In this document: in pieces, positions 38,136-47,537 of the stretch
Position numbering within the stretch: the first letter of the stretch is position 1
Layout of the letters: each line of letters begins with the position of its first letter
Assembly (NCBI GenBank): GCA_037127655.1
Contig: JBAXXY010000003.1
Coordinates: 1-54,398, forward strand
Source: Lentisphaerota bacterium
GTDB lineage: Bacteria > Verrucomicrobiota > Lentisphaeria > Victivallales > GWF2-38-69
Length of the DNA: 54,398 nt
Reading direction: 5' to 3'
Translations under genes and position numbers: made by a program
The notes under the pieces: generated by a model
Told to the model about the DNA's origin: nothing
The model's database searches: none
Seen by the model: the letters and a program-made list of their open reading frames with translations, nothing else

Positions 38136-38557
38136 AGGCTATTTTTATCCTGTAAATTGTTTGAGTTTATATTTTTTGGTTCAGGAGGCAGGACGCTGTC
38201 AATATCAATTTTGAATTTGGTGTCAATTGTCTTAATTACTTTTCCCTGAAGATAGATTATATCATTATTTTTATTGGAAGGCGATGGCTCATACCATCTA
38301 TCTGAATCGTCTATTGGCGAACTTGATACTTCTTTGAGCAGCAGTTCAAACGAGTTGTTGTCTTTTTCAATAAGCCTGGCTTTTACATAGACGCTCTGGT
38401 TATTATAGTTTTCGAGTATTTTGGAGTTTTCCAGAACGGCGTCGTTGAGTTCTTTGAGCTCTTTAACTCTCTGCGAAATAAGATCTTTACTGGCATCGGA
38501 AGCCATTGAAGTAACACAGAGTATTGAAGCAATCAGAAATGTGAGTAAGAGTTTCAT
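38132..38557 (-). CDS. Small exported hypothetical protein
   Basis: Signal peptide (SMA cleavage); ATGA overlap with next gene. Confidence 0.7.
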   Translation of the reverse strand: MKLLLTFLIASILCVTSMASDASKDLISQRVKELKELNDAVLENSKILENYNNQSVYVKARLIEKDNNSFELLLKEVSSSPIDDSDRWYEPSPSNKNNDIIYLQGKVIKTIDTKFKIDIDSVLPPEPKNINSNNLQDKNSL

Positions 38558-38562
38558 TTAAT

Positions 38563-38596
38563 AAGAAAACCCTGAGACCGGTTTACTCGGTCTCAG
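38563..38596 (-). terminator. Terminator/stabilising hairpin after the duplicated repeat genes
   Basis: CTGAGACCG-7 nt-CGGTCTCAG followed on the minus strand by GGUUUUCUUAUU. Confidence 0.7.
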
Positions 38597-38608
38597 AGTG
38601 AATTGTGA

Positions 38609-39295
38609 TTAATAACCTAAGTTGATACCGGAATTGGCTTCAGATTCACCCTTGGCTGTGTTGTCTACGCCAGTATTTGTGTTTGTGATAGTAGAGTTTT
38701 TTATCTGGGCATTATTTGCGCTTATGCCGGAGATAACTACTGATTTGCCTTCGGCTATGTTAGTACCGTCAGTATTAGTGTTAGAAATTTCAGATCCACC
38801 TTCGACCGTTGCTTTATTCAAAGATATACCTGAAACAATTAGGGATTCATCTTTTGCATAGTTTTCAACGCCGGTGTTTTCATTGTAAATAGTTGAATCC
38901 TTGATTGTAGATTCATTAGCTTCGATGCCTGATACGATCTTTGACTTATTTGTAGCTTCGTTAACACCATCTTTATTAATATTTGTTATTACGCTTCCGT
39001 CTGTTACTTGAGCCTTGTTAAGCGATATGCCTGATACGATTAGAGACTCATCTTTGGCAGTGTTCTCCATATTCGAATTGGTGTTGTAAATTTCTGAATC
39101 TTTTATTGTCGCGCCGACTGCTTCGATACCAGAATTGATCTTAGATTTGTTTGTAGCTTCGTTAGTAACATCCGTGTTGGTGTTTTCAATGGTCGAGTTT
39201 TCAACTGTGGTGACAGGCGGCAACGCAAACATAGTCGAGGCGGCTAAGGTTGTAGCTAATGCGATTGTGATAAGTTTAGTTTTCATAACACTCAT
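38609..39295 (-). CDS. Secreted 6x 33/34-aa beta-solenoid repeat protein (putative major fibre subunit A2)
   Basis: Signal peptide MFA|LPP, then only repeats SxIxNxNxxxxNxAxxxSxIxSGI; ends NSGINLGY. Confidence 0.8.
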   Translation of the reverse strand: MSVMKTKLITIALATTLAASTMFALPPVTTVENSTIENTNTDVTNEATNKSKINSGIEAVGATIKDSEIYNTNSNMENTAKDESLIVSGISLNKAQVTDGSVITNINKDGVNEATNKSKIVSGIEANESTIKDSTIYNENTGVENYAKDESLIVSGISLNKATVEGGSEISNTNTDGTNIAEGKSVVISGISANNAQIKNSTITNTNTGVDNTAKGESEANSGINLGY

Positions 39296-39320
39296 TCTCC
39301 TTTTAATTATTTGGTTGGGT

Positions 39321-39995
39321 TTAATATCCTAAATTGATGCCTGAATTAATTTCAGATCCGTCTTTTGCAATATTGGTTACACCGGTATTTGTATTTGTGA
39401 TAGTGGAATTCTTTATCTGAGCATTATTGGCGCTTATACCGGAGATAATTACAGATTTATTGGAAGCCTCATTATAAACATCCTTGTTGGTGTTGCTGAT
39501 CGTGGAACCATCTGAAACTTTAGCATTATTTAACGAAATACCTGAAACTATGAGAGATTCATCTTTTGCATAGTTCTCAACGCCGGTATTTTCGTTGGTA
39601 ATAGTGGAATTCTTTATCTCTGCCCCATTAGCTTCAATACCTGAAACTATCTTTGATTTATTTATAGCTTCATTAGTAACATCTCGATTGATGTTTTCAA
39701 TATAACTCCCATCGGTAACCTGAGCTTTGTTAAGAGAAATACCCGATACTATCAAAGACTCATCTTTGGCTGTGTTGGTTACATTTTCATTTGTATTGTA
39801 GATTTCCGAATCTTTTATGGTTGCGCCGACTGCTTCGATACCAGAATTAATTTTAGATTTGTTTGTAGCTTCGTTAGTAACATCTGTGTTGGTGTTTTCA
39901 ATAGTCGAGTTTTCAACTGTGGTGACAGGTAACGCAAACATGGTTGAGGTGGCTAAGGTTGTAGCCAATGTGATTGTGATAAGTTTAGTTTTCAT
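39321..39995 (-). CDS. Secreted 6x 33/34-aa beta-solenoid repeat protein (putative major fibre subunit A1)
   Basis: Close paralogue of 38609..39295 with the same repeats and termini. Confidence 0.8.
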   Translation of the reverse strand: MKTKLITITLATTLATSTMFALPVTTVENSTIENTNTDVTNEATNKSKINSGIEAVGATIKDSEIYNTNENVTNTAKDESLIVSGISLNKAQVTDGSYIENINRDVTNEAINKSKIVSGIEANGAEIKNSTITNENTGVENYAKDESLIVSGISLNNAKVSDGSTISNTNKDVYNEASNKSVIISGISANNAQIKNSTITNTNTGVTNIAKDGSEINSGINLGY

Positions 39996-39999
39996 AATA

Positions 40000-40665
40000 T
40001 TATTCTCCTATATTTATGCCTGTATTGGCTTTGGAATCATCCTTGGTTATTATACTGCTGTTTCCTCCTGCATTGGTAAAGTTGGAGTTCTTTACTGCAG
40101 AATTGGAGATTTTAATACCCGTATTTACCTTTGACTTATTATCGGCCAGAGATTGGGTTTTTCCCACACTACTGGACAATTTTGATTCTTTAATTGTGGA
40201 GCCTTGAGAAACTAGCCCGCTGTTTATTTCTGAGTTGTTTTGAGCTGTATTTGTCACCTTGTCATTGGAATTGTCCAGTTTTGAGGTTTTAATCTCAGAA
40301 TCCTTTATGCTTACGCCTGAAACAATATCTGAGTTGGCATCGGCTTTATTTACTACATCAGTGTTGGCATTGGTTATCTTTGAAGACGCTACTGATGAAT
40401 TCTCAATTTCTATCCCTGTATTGATTTTTGAATTTCCAAGCGCTTCCGAAGAAACATCAGAGTTTGCATTTTTTATTTCTGAAGACTTTACATCTATGTC
40501 ACCTATGGCATTAACGCCGGTATTCACATCCGAAGTATCACTGCTTATCACACTAATATTGTCGGTCTGATTTTCGATGGTTGTAACATCCACGCTGGTT
40601 TCAGGCAAAGCCCAAAGTTGCGCGCCTATAAAAAGCATAAAAGATAATAAAAGAAAACTCTTCAT
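40000..40665 (-). CDS. Secreted 6x ~33-aa repeat protein (divergent minor subunit)
   Basis: Signal LWA|LP; repeats ending (N/V)(T/S)G(I/V/L); ends NTGINIGE; strong AGGAGGAGG RBS. Confidence 0.78.
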   Translation of the reverse strand: MKSFLLLSFMLFIGAQLWALPETSVDVTTIENQTDNISVISSDTSDVNTGVNAIGDIDVKSSEIKNANSDVSSEALGNSKINTGIEIENSSVASSKITNANTDVVNKADANSDIVSGVSIKDSEIKTSKLDNSNDKVTNTAQNNSEINSGLVSQGSTIKESKLSSSVGKTQSLADNKSKVNTGIKISNSAVKNSNFTNAGGNSSIITKDDSKANTGINIGE

Positions 40666-40733
40666 AAGCTTAAACCTCCTCCTTGTCTTTTAGTATTTTA
40701 TATAAGAATTTTTAAAAAAACAATAGGGTTAAA

Positions 40734-42977
40734 TCACTTTCCGAAATTGAACTGTAGGTCTGGCGCCGGTTGTTCATTGTCATCTTTATTGAATTTTGTG
40801 CCCTGATTGACTGTTGACCTGTTTTTAACTGTTGTATTAGCGCCTTGAACCGTATTTGAGATGGTTGCATTAGTAAGTTTCGTGTTATTAGCTTGGACTC
40901 CTGCATTAAGAGTAGAGTTGTCACGGGCAGAAAAAGTGCCTTCGACTTCAGATGTGATATTAGAATCCTTAATTTCAGAATTGTTAGCCGAGAGCCCGGT
41001 ATTTATAGTGGAGTTATTTACTGCTTCGACTTTTCCTTCAGTTCTTGTCGAGATGAAGGATCTCTGTACTGTTGACTGATTTATGCTTACGCCCGTATTA
41101 ATTTTTGAATTTTCTTTGGCAATAGCTTCTACATCTCCTGTGTTTTCTATGTAGGAATCTTCCACTTTGGCATTTACAGCGCTTATGCCGGTATTGATTT
41201 TGGATTTGCCGGTTGCTTCTGAAGAACCTTCGACTGTATTTATGATAGTGCTGTTTTCTATGGTGGTAATAACTCCTCCAGTAGAAGGCGCAAATATTCC
41301 TGTAAACATTCTTCCGCCCTTATCGTAGTTCTCCATGAGTTTTTTCAGCCCTTCTTCGGGAGTCATGCCGTTTGCGAGCTTATGTCCTTTGGCTATAGCG
41401 TCCAGGTACATCTGAATTAGAGCCTTCTTGGCCTGTTCGTCATACTGCCCACTCTTGTAGATATTGGCTTCAATCCATTCCGGAGTGAGTCGGTTAGAGA
41501 CTTCCTTGGCCAGGAAATATGTAATAAGAACGACACCAATTACCGTGCCTGCAACAGGATTAGCTACAAAGATTGCAGTCAATCCATATTGAAGAATTTT
41601 CCCGAAAACAAATGTGTATGCCAGGCTTTTCATTCCTTCATAATAATTGCCTGTTCTATAAGTTTCCGTTACCACATCATAGATCTGAAGCGCCATCAAT
41701 ATTCCGCCGCCCCAGCCTAAACCTCTTTGTATTCTATTTATACTTGGTCCCTTAGAAATCGAATTGTATTTTTGTTCAGACATTTTGAATTTCTCACGGA
41801 TATATCTGTCGGGGGTTCCGAGTTTTAATTTTAGATTTTCTTCGCCGCCAGCCAAATTGCTGAGCTTATCCCATACGCCGAATCTCATCTTCTGTTCATA
41901 GACTGAAACTGTATCTTTCATCTTTGAAAATTTAGAAGCCTGCCCAGTCATATTTTTAAAATCCTTTTCCAGCTGATTCAAAAGGTTCTTTGATTCCATG
42001 CCGACTTTTTCTGCCTGAGCGGCGGTACCCTGTCCCCTTTCAACAGCTTCAGAAACATATTCGGGCAATTTGGTTTTCTGACCAACGCCGTATCTTCCCT
42101 GTGTCAGGTTGTGCACATTCTCTGCTCTGCCCAGGTACTTAGCAGTCAGGTGATTAACTTCCTGTAACTGATTGGTGAGTTTTTCAAGAAGTTCTGCATT
42201 TGGGTGGCCGGGGGGGAAGTTTCCAGTCTTAAGCTGGTTAATCTTTGAGGTTAATTGATCTGCGATTTCGATATTAATTTTTACTTGTGATTTCATTTCA
42301 TTGTGGTAGGCGACAGCCTCATTGAAAGTCATCAGGTTATCCCTTCCAAGTCTTATATATGCTTCAACCCTGGCTGCATCAGGGGATCTATAGGCTCTGC
42401 CGCCGCTTTTATTGATATCTTCTACTACTGGAGCGAAATCCGGGGAGTTCGGAGAAACCATAAAATCAGTTTTGGTGGTTTTAGTCCAATTAGTGCCTTT
42501 TGCCACCGGGACTCCATTTTCAGCGTATAGCTGATCCATTCCTTTGCTGAAATTAGCGGTCTGAGTTTTATAGTCATGGAATGTGGCGGGCTTGCCACCG
42601 GGGCGTTCAATAAATATGTCGTTATCTGCCCATAATTTTTGTTTATAGCTTGTTGATTGTGAAACCTGTTTGGAAACATTCAATCCTGATTGTTCTGCAG
42701 CCCACTTAAATCGTTCCTCAAGTATTTGCTGGGAACTGCTCTGAACTCTCTGAAACGCCTCGTCTGTTATATGCCCGCCATTTCTCAAATTGCTCATTTC
42801 GTCATAGGAAGATAGAAGTTGTAATCTTACCTGCATTAGAGCCTTTGGCGGCAATTTTTCTGAGTAATTTGCAAAATAGTTTGCAAGATCTACAAGACTT
42901 TTATCATACCCTAAGAGTATTACAGGAAGGATTATAGATAGGATAAACGGTGTCAGGTATTTTAGAAATTTTCTCAT
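40734..42977 (-). CDS. Secreted effector-like protein with hydrophobic hairpin and 5 C-terminal fibre repeats
   Basis: Signal peptide; helical N-region; hydrophobic GLGWGGGILMAL...AIFVANPVAGTVIGVVLITYFL; then TTIENSTIINT...SKINTGI repeats. Confidence 0.72.
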   Translation of the reverse strand: MRKFLKYLTPFILSIILPVILLGYDKSLVDLANYFANYSEKLPPKALMQVRLQLLSSYDEMSNLRNGGHITDEAFQRVQSSSQQILEERFKWAAEQSGLNVSKQVSQSTSYKQKLWADNDIFIERPGGKPATFHDYKTQTANFSKGMDQLYAENGVPVAKGTNWTKTTKTDFMVSPNSPDFAPVVEDINKSGGRAYRSPDAARVEAYIRLGRDNLMTFNEAVAYHNEMKSQVKINIEIADQLTSKINQLKTGNFPPGHPNAELLEKLTNQLQEVNHLTAKYLGRAENVHNLTQGRYGVGQKTKLPEYVSEAVERGQGTAAQAEKVGMESKNLLNQLEKDFKNMTGQASKFSKMKDTVSVYEQKMRFGVWDKLSNLAGGEENLKLKLGTPDRYIREKFKMSEQKYNSISKGPSINRIQRGLGWGGGILMALQIYDVVTETYRTGNYYEGMKSLAYTFVFGKILQYGLTAIFVANPVAGTVIGVVLITYFLAKEVSNRLTPEWIEANIYKSGQYDEQAKKALIQMYLDAIAKGHKLANGMTPEEGLKKLMENYDKGGRMFTGIFAPSTGGVITTIENSTIINTVEGSSEATGKSKINTGISAVNAKVEDSYIENTGDVEAIAKENSKINTGVSINQSTVQRSFISTRTEGKVEAVNNSTINTGLSANNSEIKDSNITSEVEGTFSARDNSTLNAGVQANNTKLTNATISNTVQGANTTVKNRSTVNQGTKFNKDDNEQPAPDLQFNFGK

Positions 42978-45900
42978 AACTGCCTGCTATTGACTCCTAG
43001 AACCAGATTAGTATTTTTTTCATTGAGTCTTGTGAGCGGCATCTCTTCCATAAAGGACAACTTATTGGAGGAGTCAAGGGCGATATTACCCGGTTTTTGG
43101 GACTGGGGACCGAAAAGTCTCATTGATTTAAGAAGCACAGGTCCGCCTTCTGAAAAAATAATATTTCCTTTATCGAAACCAATCATTCCGCCATAGAAAG
43201 TATCCACATTGAGATCATCTTGAGTTTTTAAGATTCCAAGGCTGTTAAAACTCCTTGAAGATAGCAGTTTGCCTTTATTGTCCGTGAGGTCAGTTATACT
43301 TCCGAAAACATCACATAGAACATACTGGGGTTTGCCGTTTGGTCTTATGATAGCTAGACAGGTATCAGAGTTTGGGAGATAGATATATCTTGTGAAGCAT
43401 TTGGATTCAGAGTCCCAAGTGGCATATAGATTATCGTAAAGGAAATAATACTTTTTCTGTTTGCTGTCTGCGTCAGCCGTATATATCTGATCTTCGAGTG
43501 GAGCATAGGCGATTGAAAGTTTGGAGTTGGGGCCGAAAGAGATTTCGCTGACTCGGTTATCCCAATCGTAGGAGAGTTCTGTTTTTTTTTCTTTTTCAGA
43601 GAATGATTCGATGGCAGAAGTCTGAGTATAGGCTAGTGCTACTGAGTTAATTTCGGAAAGCAGAGCGGGGGATACTCCTTTGGACTTATTGTTGCCAAGT
43701 TGCATAAGATTTCCCCAGATGTCGAATTTTAAATTGACAGACTTCCCATTCGAATCAGATATTTTCTCGAGATGCCCTAGCGCATCATAGGAGTAGTTAA
43801 CCACAGATCCGTTTGTGTTGATTTCGATGAGATTTCCGACTTTATCGTACTTTAACTTTGAATCTCTTTTGGAGCCGTCAGGGAAGTTTATAATATATTC
43901 TGTTATTCTGTCAATGATGTCATAGTTCCATGTTATTATAATTCCGTTAGGATAAGAGATATTTTTAATCATTCCTGAATCGTAATAGGTGATTTTAAAG
44001 ATGCCCGAATTATCCGAAGAGATTGATGTAATTTTTCCTCCAGTATTTTTACCATATTTTAATGCGAATCCAGACGAGTCTGAGATCTCCTTCGGCATAT
44101 CAATCTGATCATAATTTAGATGAATGGAAAGTTCTTTATTGTAATTCTTCGCCGAGAGCCTGCCGTAATCGTCGTATTCAAAAACCATTCTACAACTGTC
44201 TGTCTGAGCATCTGTTATCTGGAAATGTTTATTAAAAGAGTAAGAAGAGAGTATCTTGTTATTCTTATCTTTAATTGCAAGCGGTTTATGGTTGCTGTCG
44301 AAATAGTAGTTGGTAATAGTTGAGTCAGGGCTTATTCTTGCTATACTCAAATCTTTATTATTAAGAAACAACCAGACCCCAAAAAGACTACTACTGAAAG
44401 AGGAGATGTCATTTTCTTTGGATTGTATATACGACTGATTATCAAATCCGCATAGTTCTACGCTACGGCGAGCCGGCAAACCTTGGTAATCAAATATGGT
44501 TTTTTTCCCGAGAGGGTCAAGTACTTCAGTCGGGAGATTATATTCATCAGTTTTAATACTGGAAGAAGCTCCGTCAGGATAAATGATTTCCAAGCCATCT
44601 TTCATATATCTGTAGCTTGTTGTATTTCCAAGTGAATTGACCGATTTAATTATTCTTCCCTGAGTGTCGTATGTGAAGAGGGTTTCGTTTCCTGAAGCAG
44701 TTGTTGTTTTTTCTAGGAGTGTCCCGTCAAGAGAGTATTGATTTTTTAGGATCTGAATACCGTTATAAATTATTCCTATAATGTTTTTATTGGAATCCCT
44801 TATTATTCCGTTATTTTTGATTTCGGCTACTCTATTGTCATTTGCAAGATCAGAAACTGAAATGATGTCTTTGAAGTATTCGATACCATTTTTGTTCTTT
44901 AGAACTATGTTTCCAAAATCAACATTCATTTGATAAGGGGTGAAGCCCACTAATGAAGCATTTACAGTGAAACTTGCATCTTTGCCAGGTACGATTTCCA
45001 TAGTGTCCCCAGTGATGCTATGTGATTTTCTAATACCTGTTTTTCTGTCAATAGTACCGAAAAGAACTTTGTCGGAGTCAATGGGGCCTTCTTTGATTTC
45101 AACTTTATCTTTTGTATATTTGTATTGAGTTTCAGTGGCTTGCGTAATGTTCCATACATAGACATATGAAGTGTCAGGTTCTTTTTTTGTATCGGAAGAA
45201 TATTCGACATAGATAGTATCGCCTCTAGCGTCATCAATACTTAAAATTTTCCCGTTTTCGTAGTATGAAAGAGCATAATCATGATCTGGTTCTTTTAGTC
45301 TTGAAAGAAGTCCCAAGTCATTGTATTCTAAAAGGTATGAAGTGTTGCCATTTATAAGTATTGATGAAAGGATTGAATCAGTGTAGGAGAATTTGTATTC
45401 TCTATTTGCTTTTATTGCTGAGATTTGCTCTGACAGGTTCCAATCGACTTTAGCATCCTCATTTGAATTTGAATTTGAACCTCCAGTAAGAGAGTTGTCG
45501 ATAGAGAAGGTTTTAACTCTGTCTGATTTAGTTCCCCATCCGGAAATGAGTTTTTGGGGATTGCGTATCATGACTGATACTGAACCTGATTCGTCCTGGA
45601 TTGTTTTGAGGTTTCCTTTATCGTCGAAGGTAAGTTTTTCCCCGATATTGGAGGTGAGCGTGTAGTCGCCATTTATGAATTCAAATTTAGCGCCCAGTCC
45701 TCCTCCTGATTCAAATTTGCCGTCTTCATTCTTGATGAATAAAATCTTGGAGCAGTAAGCGCTGATTGTAAATATTGGCACTTCGTCAGAAAGTTGGAGG
45801 TTTGCGTCTAGCGAAGTTTCCCATTTAGCGCCGACAGAGCCTTTGGATATCTCTGGATTGTATTTAAAGGATAGGGGATACCCCGAGATGTTGAATATTG

Positions 45901-46030
45901 AAAACTGCGCATCAATAGTTCCTGTGGCAGTATTAATCTCGATAGACGCGGGCAGAGACAATGAGAAACTAAAGAGGAGCGCCGATGTCAGCGCTACGAG
46001 TATAAAAAATTTCTTCATTTCTTTATTCAA
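42974..46030 (-). CDS. Sec-exported Rhs/YD-repeat protein with degenerate core and no C-terminal toxin
   Basis: Signal peptide; YDTQGR, YDDYGRL, YDKVGNL, YDALGHL, YDWDNR; core remnant DVFGSITDLTDNKG; ends at PLTRLNEKN. Confidence 0.82.
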   Translation of the reverse strand: MNKEMKKFFILVALTSALLFSFSLSLPASIEINTATGTIDAQFSIFNISGYPLSFKYNPEISKGSVGAKWETSLDANLQLSDEVPIFTISAYCSKILFIKNEDGKFESGGGLGAKFEFINGDYTLTSNIGEKLTFDDKGNLKTIQDESGSVSVMIRNPQKLISGWGTKSDRVKTFSIDNSLTGGSNSNSNEDAKVDWNLSEQISAIKANREYKFSYTDSILSSILINGNTSYLLEYNDLGLLSRLKEPDHDYALSYYENGKILSIDDARGDTIYVEYSSDTKKEPDTSYVYVWNITQATETQYKYTKDKVEIKEGPIDSDKVLFGTIDRKTGIRKSHSITGDTMEIVPGKDASFTVNASLVGFTPYQMNVDFGNIVLKNKNGIEYFKDIISVSDLANDNRVAEIKNNGIIRDSNKNIIGIIYNGIQILKNQYSLDGTLLEKTTTASGNETLFTYDTQGRIIKSVNSLGNTTSYRYMKDGLEIIYPDGASSSIKTDEYNLPTEVLDPLGKKTIFDYQGLPARRSVELCGFDNQSYIQSKENDISSFSSSLFGVWLFLNNKDLSIARISPDSTITNYYFDSNHKPLAIKDKNNKILSSYSFNKHFQITDAQTDSCRMVFEYDDYGRLSAKNYNKELSIHLNYDQIDMPKEISDSSGFALKYGKNTGGKITSISSDNSGIFKITYYDSGMIKNISYPNGIIITWNYDIIDRITEYIINFPDGSKRDSKLKYDKVGNLIEINTNGSVVNYSYDALGHLEKISDSNGKSVNLKFDIWGNLMQLGNNKSKGVSPALLSEINSVALAYTQTSAIESFSEKEKKTELSYDWDNRVSEISFGPNSKLSIAYAPLEDQIYTADADSKQKKYYFLYDNLYATWDSESKCFTRYIYLPNSDTCLAIIRPNGKPQYVLCDVFGSITDLTDNKGKLLSSRSFNSLGILKTQDDLNVDTFYGGMIGFDKGNIIFSEGGPVLLKSMRLFGPQSQKPGNIALDSSNKLSFMEEMPLTRLNEKNTNLVLGVNSRQL

Positions 46031-46073
46031 TAGTTTAAACCGTTAACTAAATTTTATTGAATGTTATTCTAAA

Positions 46074-46131
46074 TGGAGGGACTCAGTCCTCTGAGCCCTA
46101 AATCCTGGTCGAAGTGGACTTAGCCCCTCCC
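46074..46131. repeat. Inverted REP doublet (GGAG foot), intergenic
   Basis: TGGAG-GGACTCAG-TCCT-CTGAGCCC and, inverted, GGGAG-GGGCTAAG-TCCA-CTTCGACC. Confidence 0.65.
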
Positions 46132-46160
46132 AATTTAATTTTAAATTAACATCTCAAAGA

Positions 46161-47504
46161 TTACCAGTCTGTTTCTCCGAAACCTACAGGCGCTTCTTTT
46201 GAGTTAACAGGAGGCTGTTTAGTCTGCTGTTTTGCAGGCTGCTGTTGAGCTTGTTGAGCGATCGGAGGTGGCGGCGGAGCCTGTCTTGTCTGCGCTTGTT
46301 GCTGAGAAGGAGCAGGAGCGCTTTGAACTTGTTGTTGAGGAGCAGGAGCTTTTTGTACTGCTTGCTGTGGCTGTTGTTTAGCAGGTTGAGGTATAGCATT
46401 TAACTGAGGAACTGGTCTATTCTTATAGTCCAGATTGCGTTTTCTGGATTCATCAATAGGGACAGTTTCCCATAGATTGAGGAAGAGGTCGGTATAGTTC
46501 GAAGTTCCGGTCTTTTTCATAGCTTCATTGATCATATCTACATCGCTCTGATTGATTGGAGCTGTCTTATCAATGTTGTAACCATGGAAGAACATGTACT
46601 CTCTAAGGTATGTTATTTTTTCATTATTGCCAAGATAGCTGAACTCTTCTCTAAGTCTTGCCAAAAGGGCTTTGTCTTCGGTGGCGCCAGGAATACATCT
46701 CCAGTAAGGAACATCGAAATACTTACCGAGGGTTTCAAGCGTGCTTATTTCGACAAGCAGTCTGATGCCGTAGTAGATGCCCTGTTGCTTCTTCAGAGTG
46801 TAATCGAATGTCAGACCACAACCTTCAAAGAATGCACCGATACCCCATCCAAGTTTGGTTTTTCTGATGTTGATAGAGTTTGATACCTGGGAACTTGCAA
46901 TTGCAGATTGTGTTTTATAGTCCAGTAAACTAAGGTCGAAAGACATACGGGAAACTGATTCTTCTGCATTGTATCCCATGCTTCCATCGTATTGGGAGCT
47001 CGACCCCCACTGACCTTTCTCGACTCCGCCTTCAGCCTTGAGTTCTCTGGCCTTTTCAATCAGATCTTTATCAAACTCTGTAATTCCGCCAGTCATTACG
47101 AGTTGGGGCAATGCCCTATTTATAGAACCGCCAGTAGTGGCTTCATTTATGATGTAGTTAGGATCGTATGGTAAATAGATAACTCTTGTGCCGATTTTAT
47201 TAATTGCAGTGGCAAGCATTTTTGACACATCGTCGGGGAGTGTTTTGTCGGCGGTATCGTTAGTTATTACCTTGCTCTGTACTTTGACCGGGTTTATATC
47301 GTAGGCTTCAAGGAGTTTCCCAAACTGCCTGAGAGAATCATCATATCGGGTTAATTGTGCCTGAGCCTGGCTCATAGACGCATCCAGATCCTTTACTTCT
47401 TCATCACTTACATCTCCAGCGAACCAACGGAAGATACTGCATCCTGAACCGAGCAGTAATATGCTTGCTATTGAAGACAAATAAAATAATTTCCTTAATT
47501 TCAT
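46161..47504 (-). CDS. CsgG/HfaB-like outer-membrane lipoprotein with Pro/Gln-rich tail
   Basis: Lipobox GSGC; MTGGITEFDKD, SFDLSLLDYKT, IRLLVEISTLETLGKYFDVPYWRC; start 47504 behind GGAGG. Confidence 0.7.
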   Translation of the reverse strand: MKLRKLFYLSSIASILLLGSGCSIFRWFAGDVSDEEVKDLDASMSQAQAQLTRYDDSLRQFGKLLEAYDINPVKVQSKVITNDTADKTLPDDVSKMLATAINKIGTRVIYLPYDPNYIINEATTGGSINRALPQLVMTGGITEFDKDLIEKARELKAEGGVEKGQWGSSSQYDGSMGYNAEESVSRMSFDLSLLDYKTQSAIASSQVSNSINIRKTKLGWGIGAFFEGCGLTFDYTLKKQQGIYYGIRLLVEISTLETLGKYFDVPYWRCIPGATEDKALLARLREEFSYLGNNEKITYLREYMFFHGYNIDKTAPINQSDVDMINEAMKKTGTSNYTDLFLNLWETVPIDESRKRNLDYKNRPVPQLNAIPQPAKQQPQQAVQKAPAPQQQVQSAPAPSQQQAQTRQAPPPPPIAQQAQQQPAKQQTKQPPVNSKEAPVGFGETDW

Positions 47505-47537
47505 GAAACCTCCGAACTTATTTATAACCATAAATTG

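Noticed and set aside
38609-40665. Naming the subunits csgA/csgB or fapC
   Set aside because: Repeat length and consensus differ from curlin and Fap repeats, so only analogy is supportable
42974-46030. Classical T6SS Rhs toxin-immunity pair
   Set aside because: No PAAR/VgrG, no DPxG, no toxin tail; the downstream gene is large and secreted
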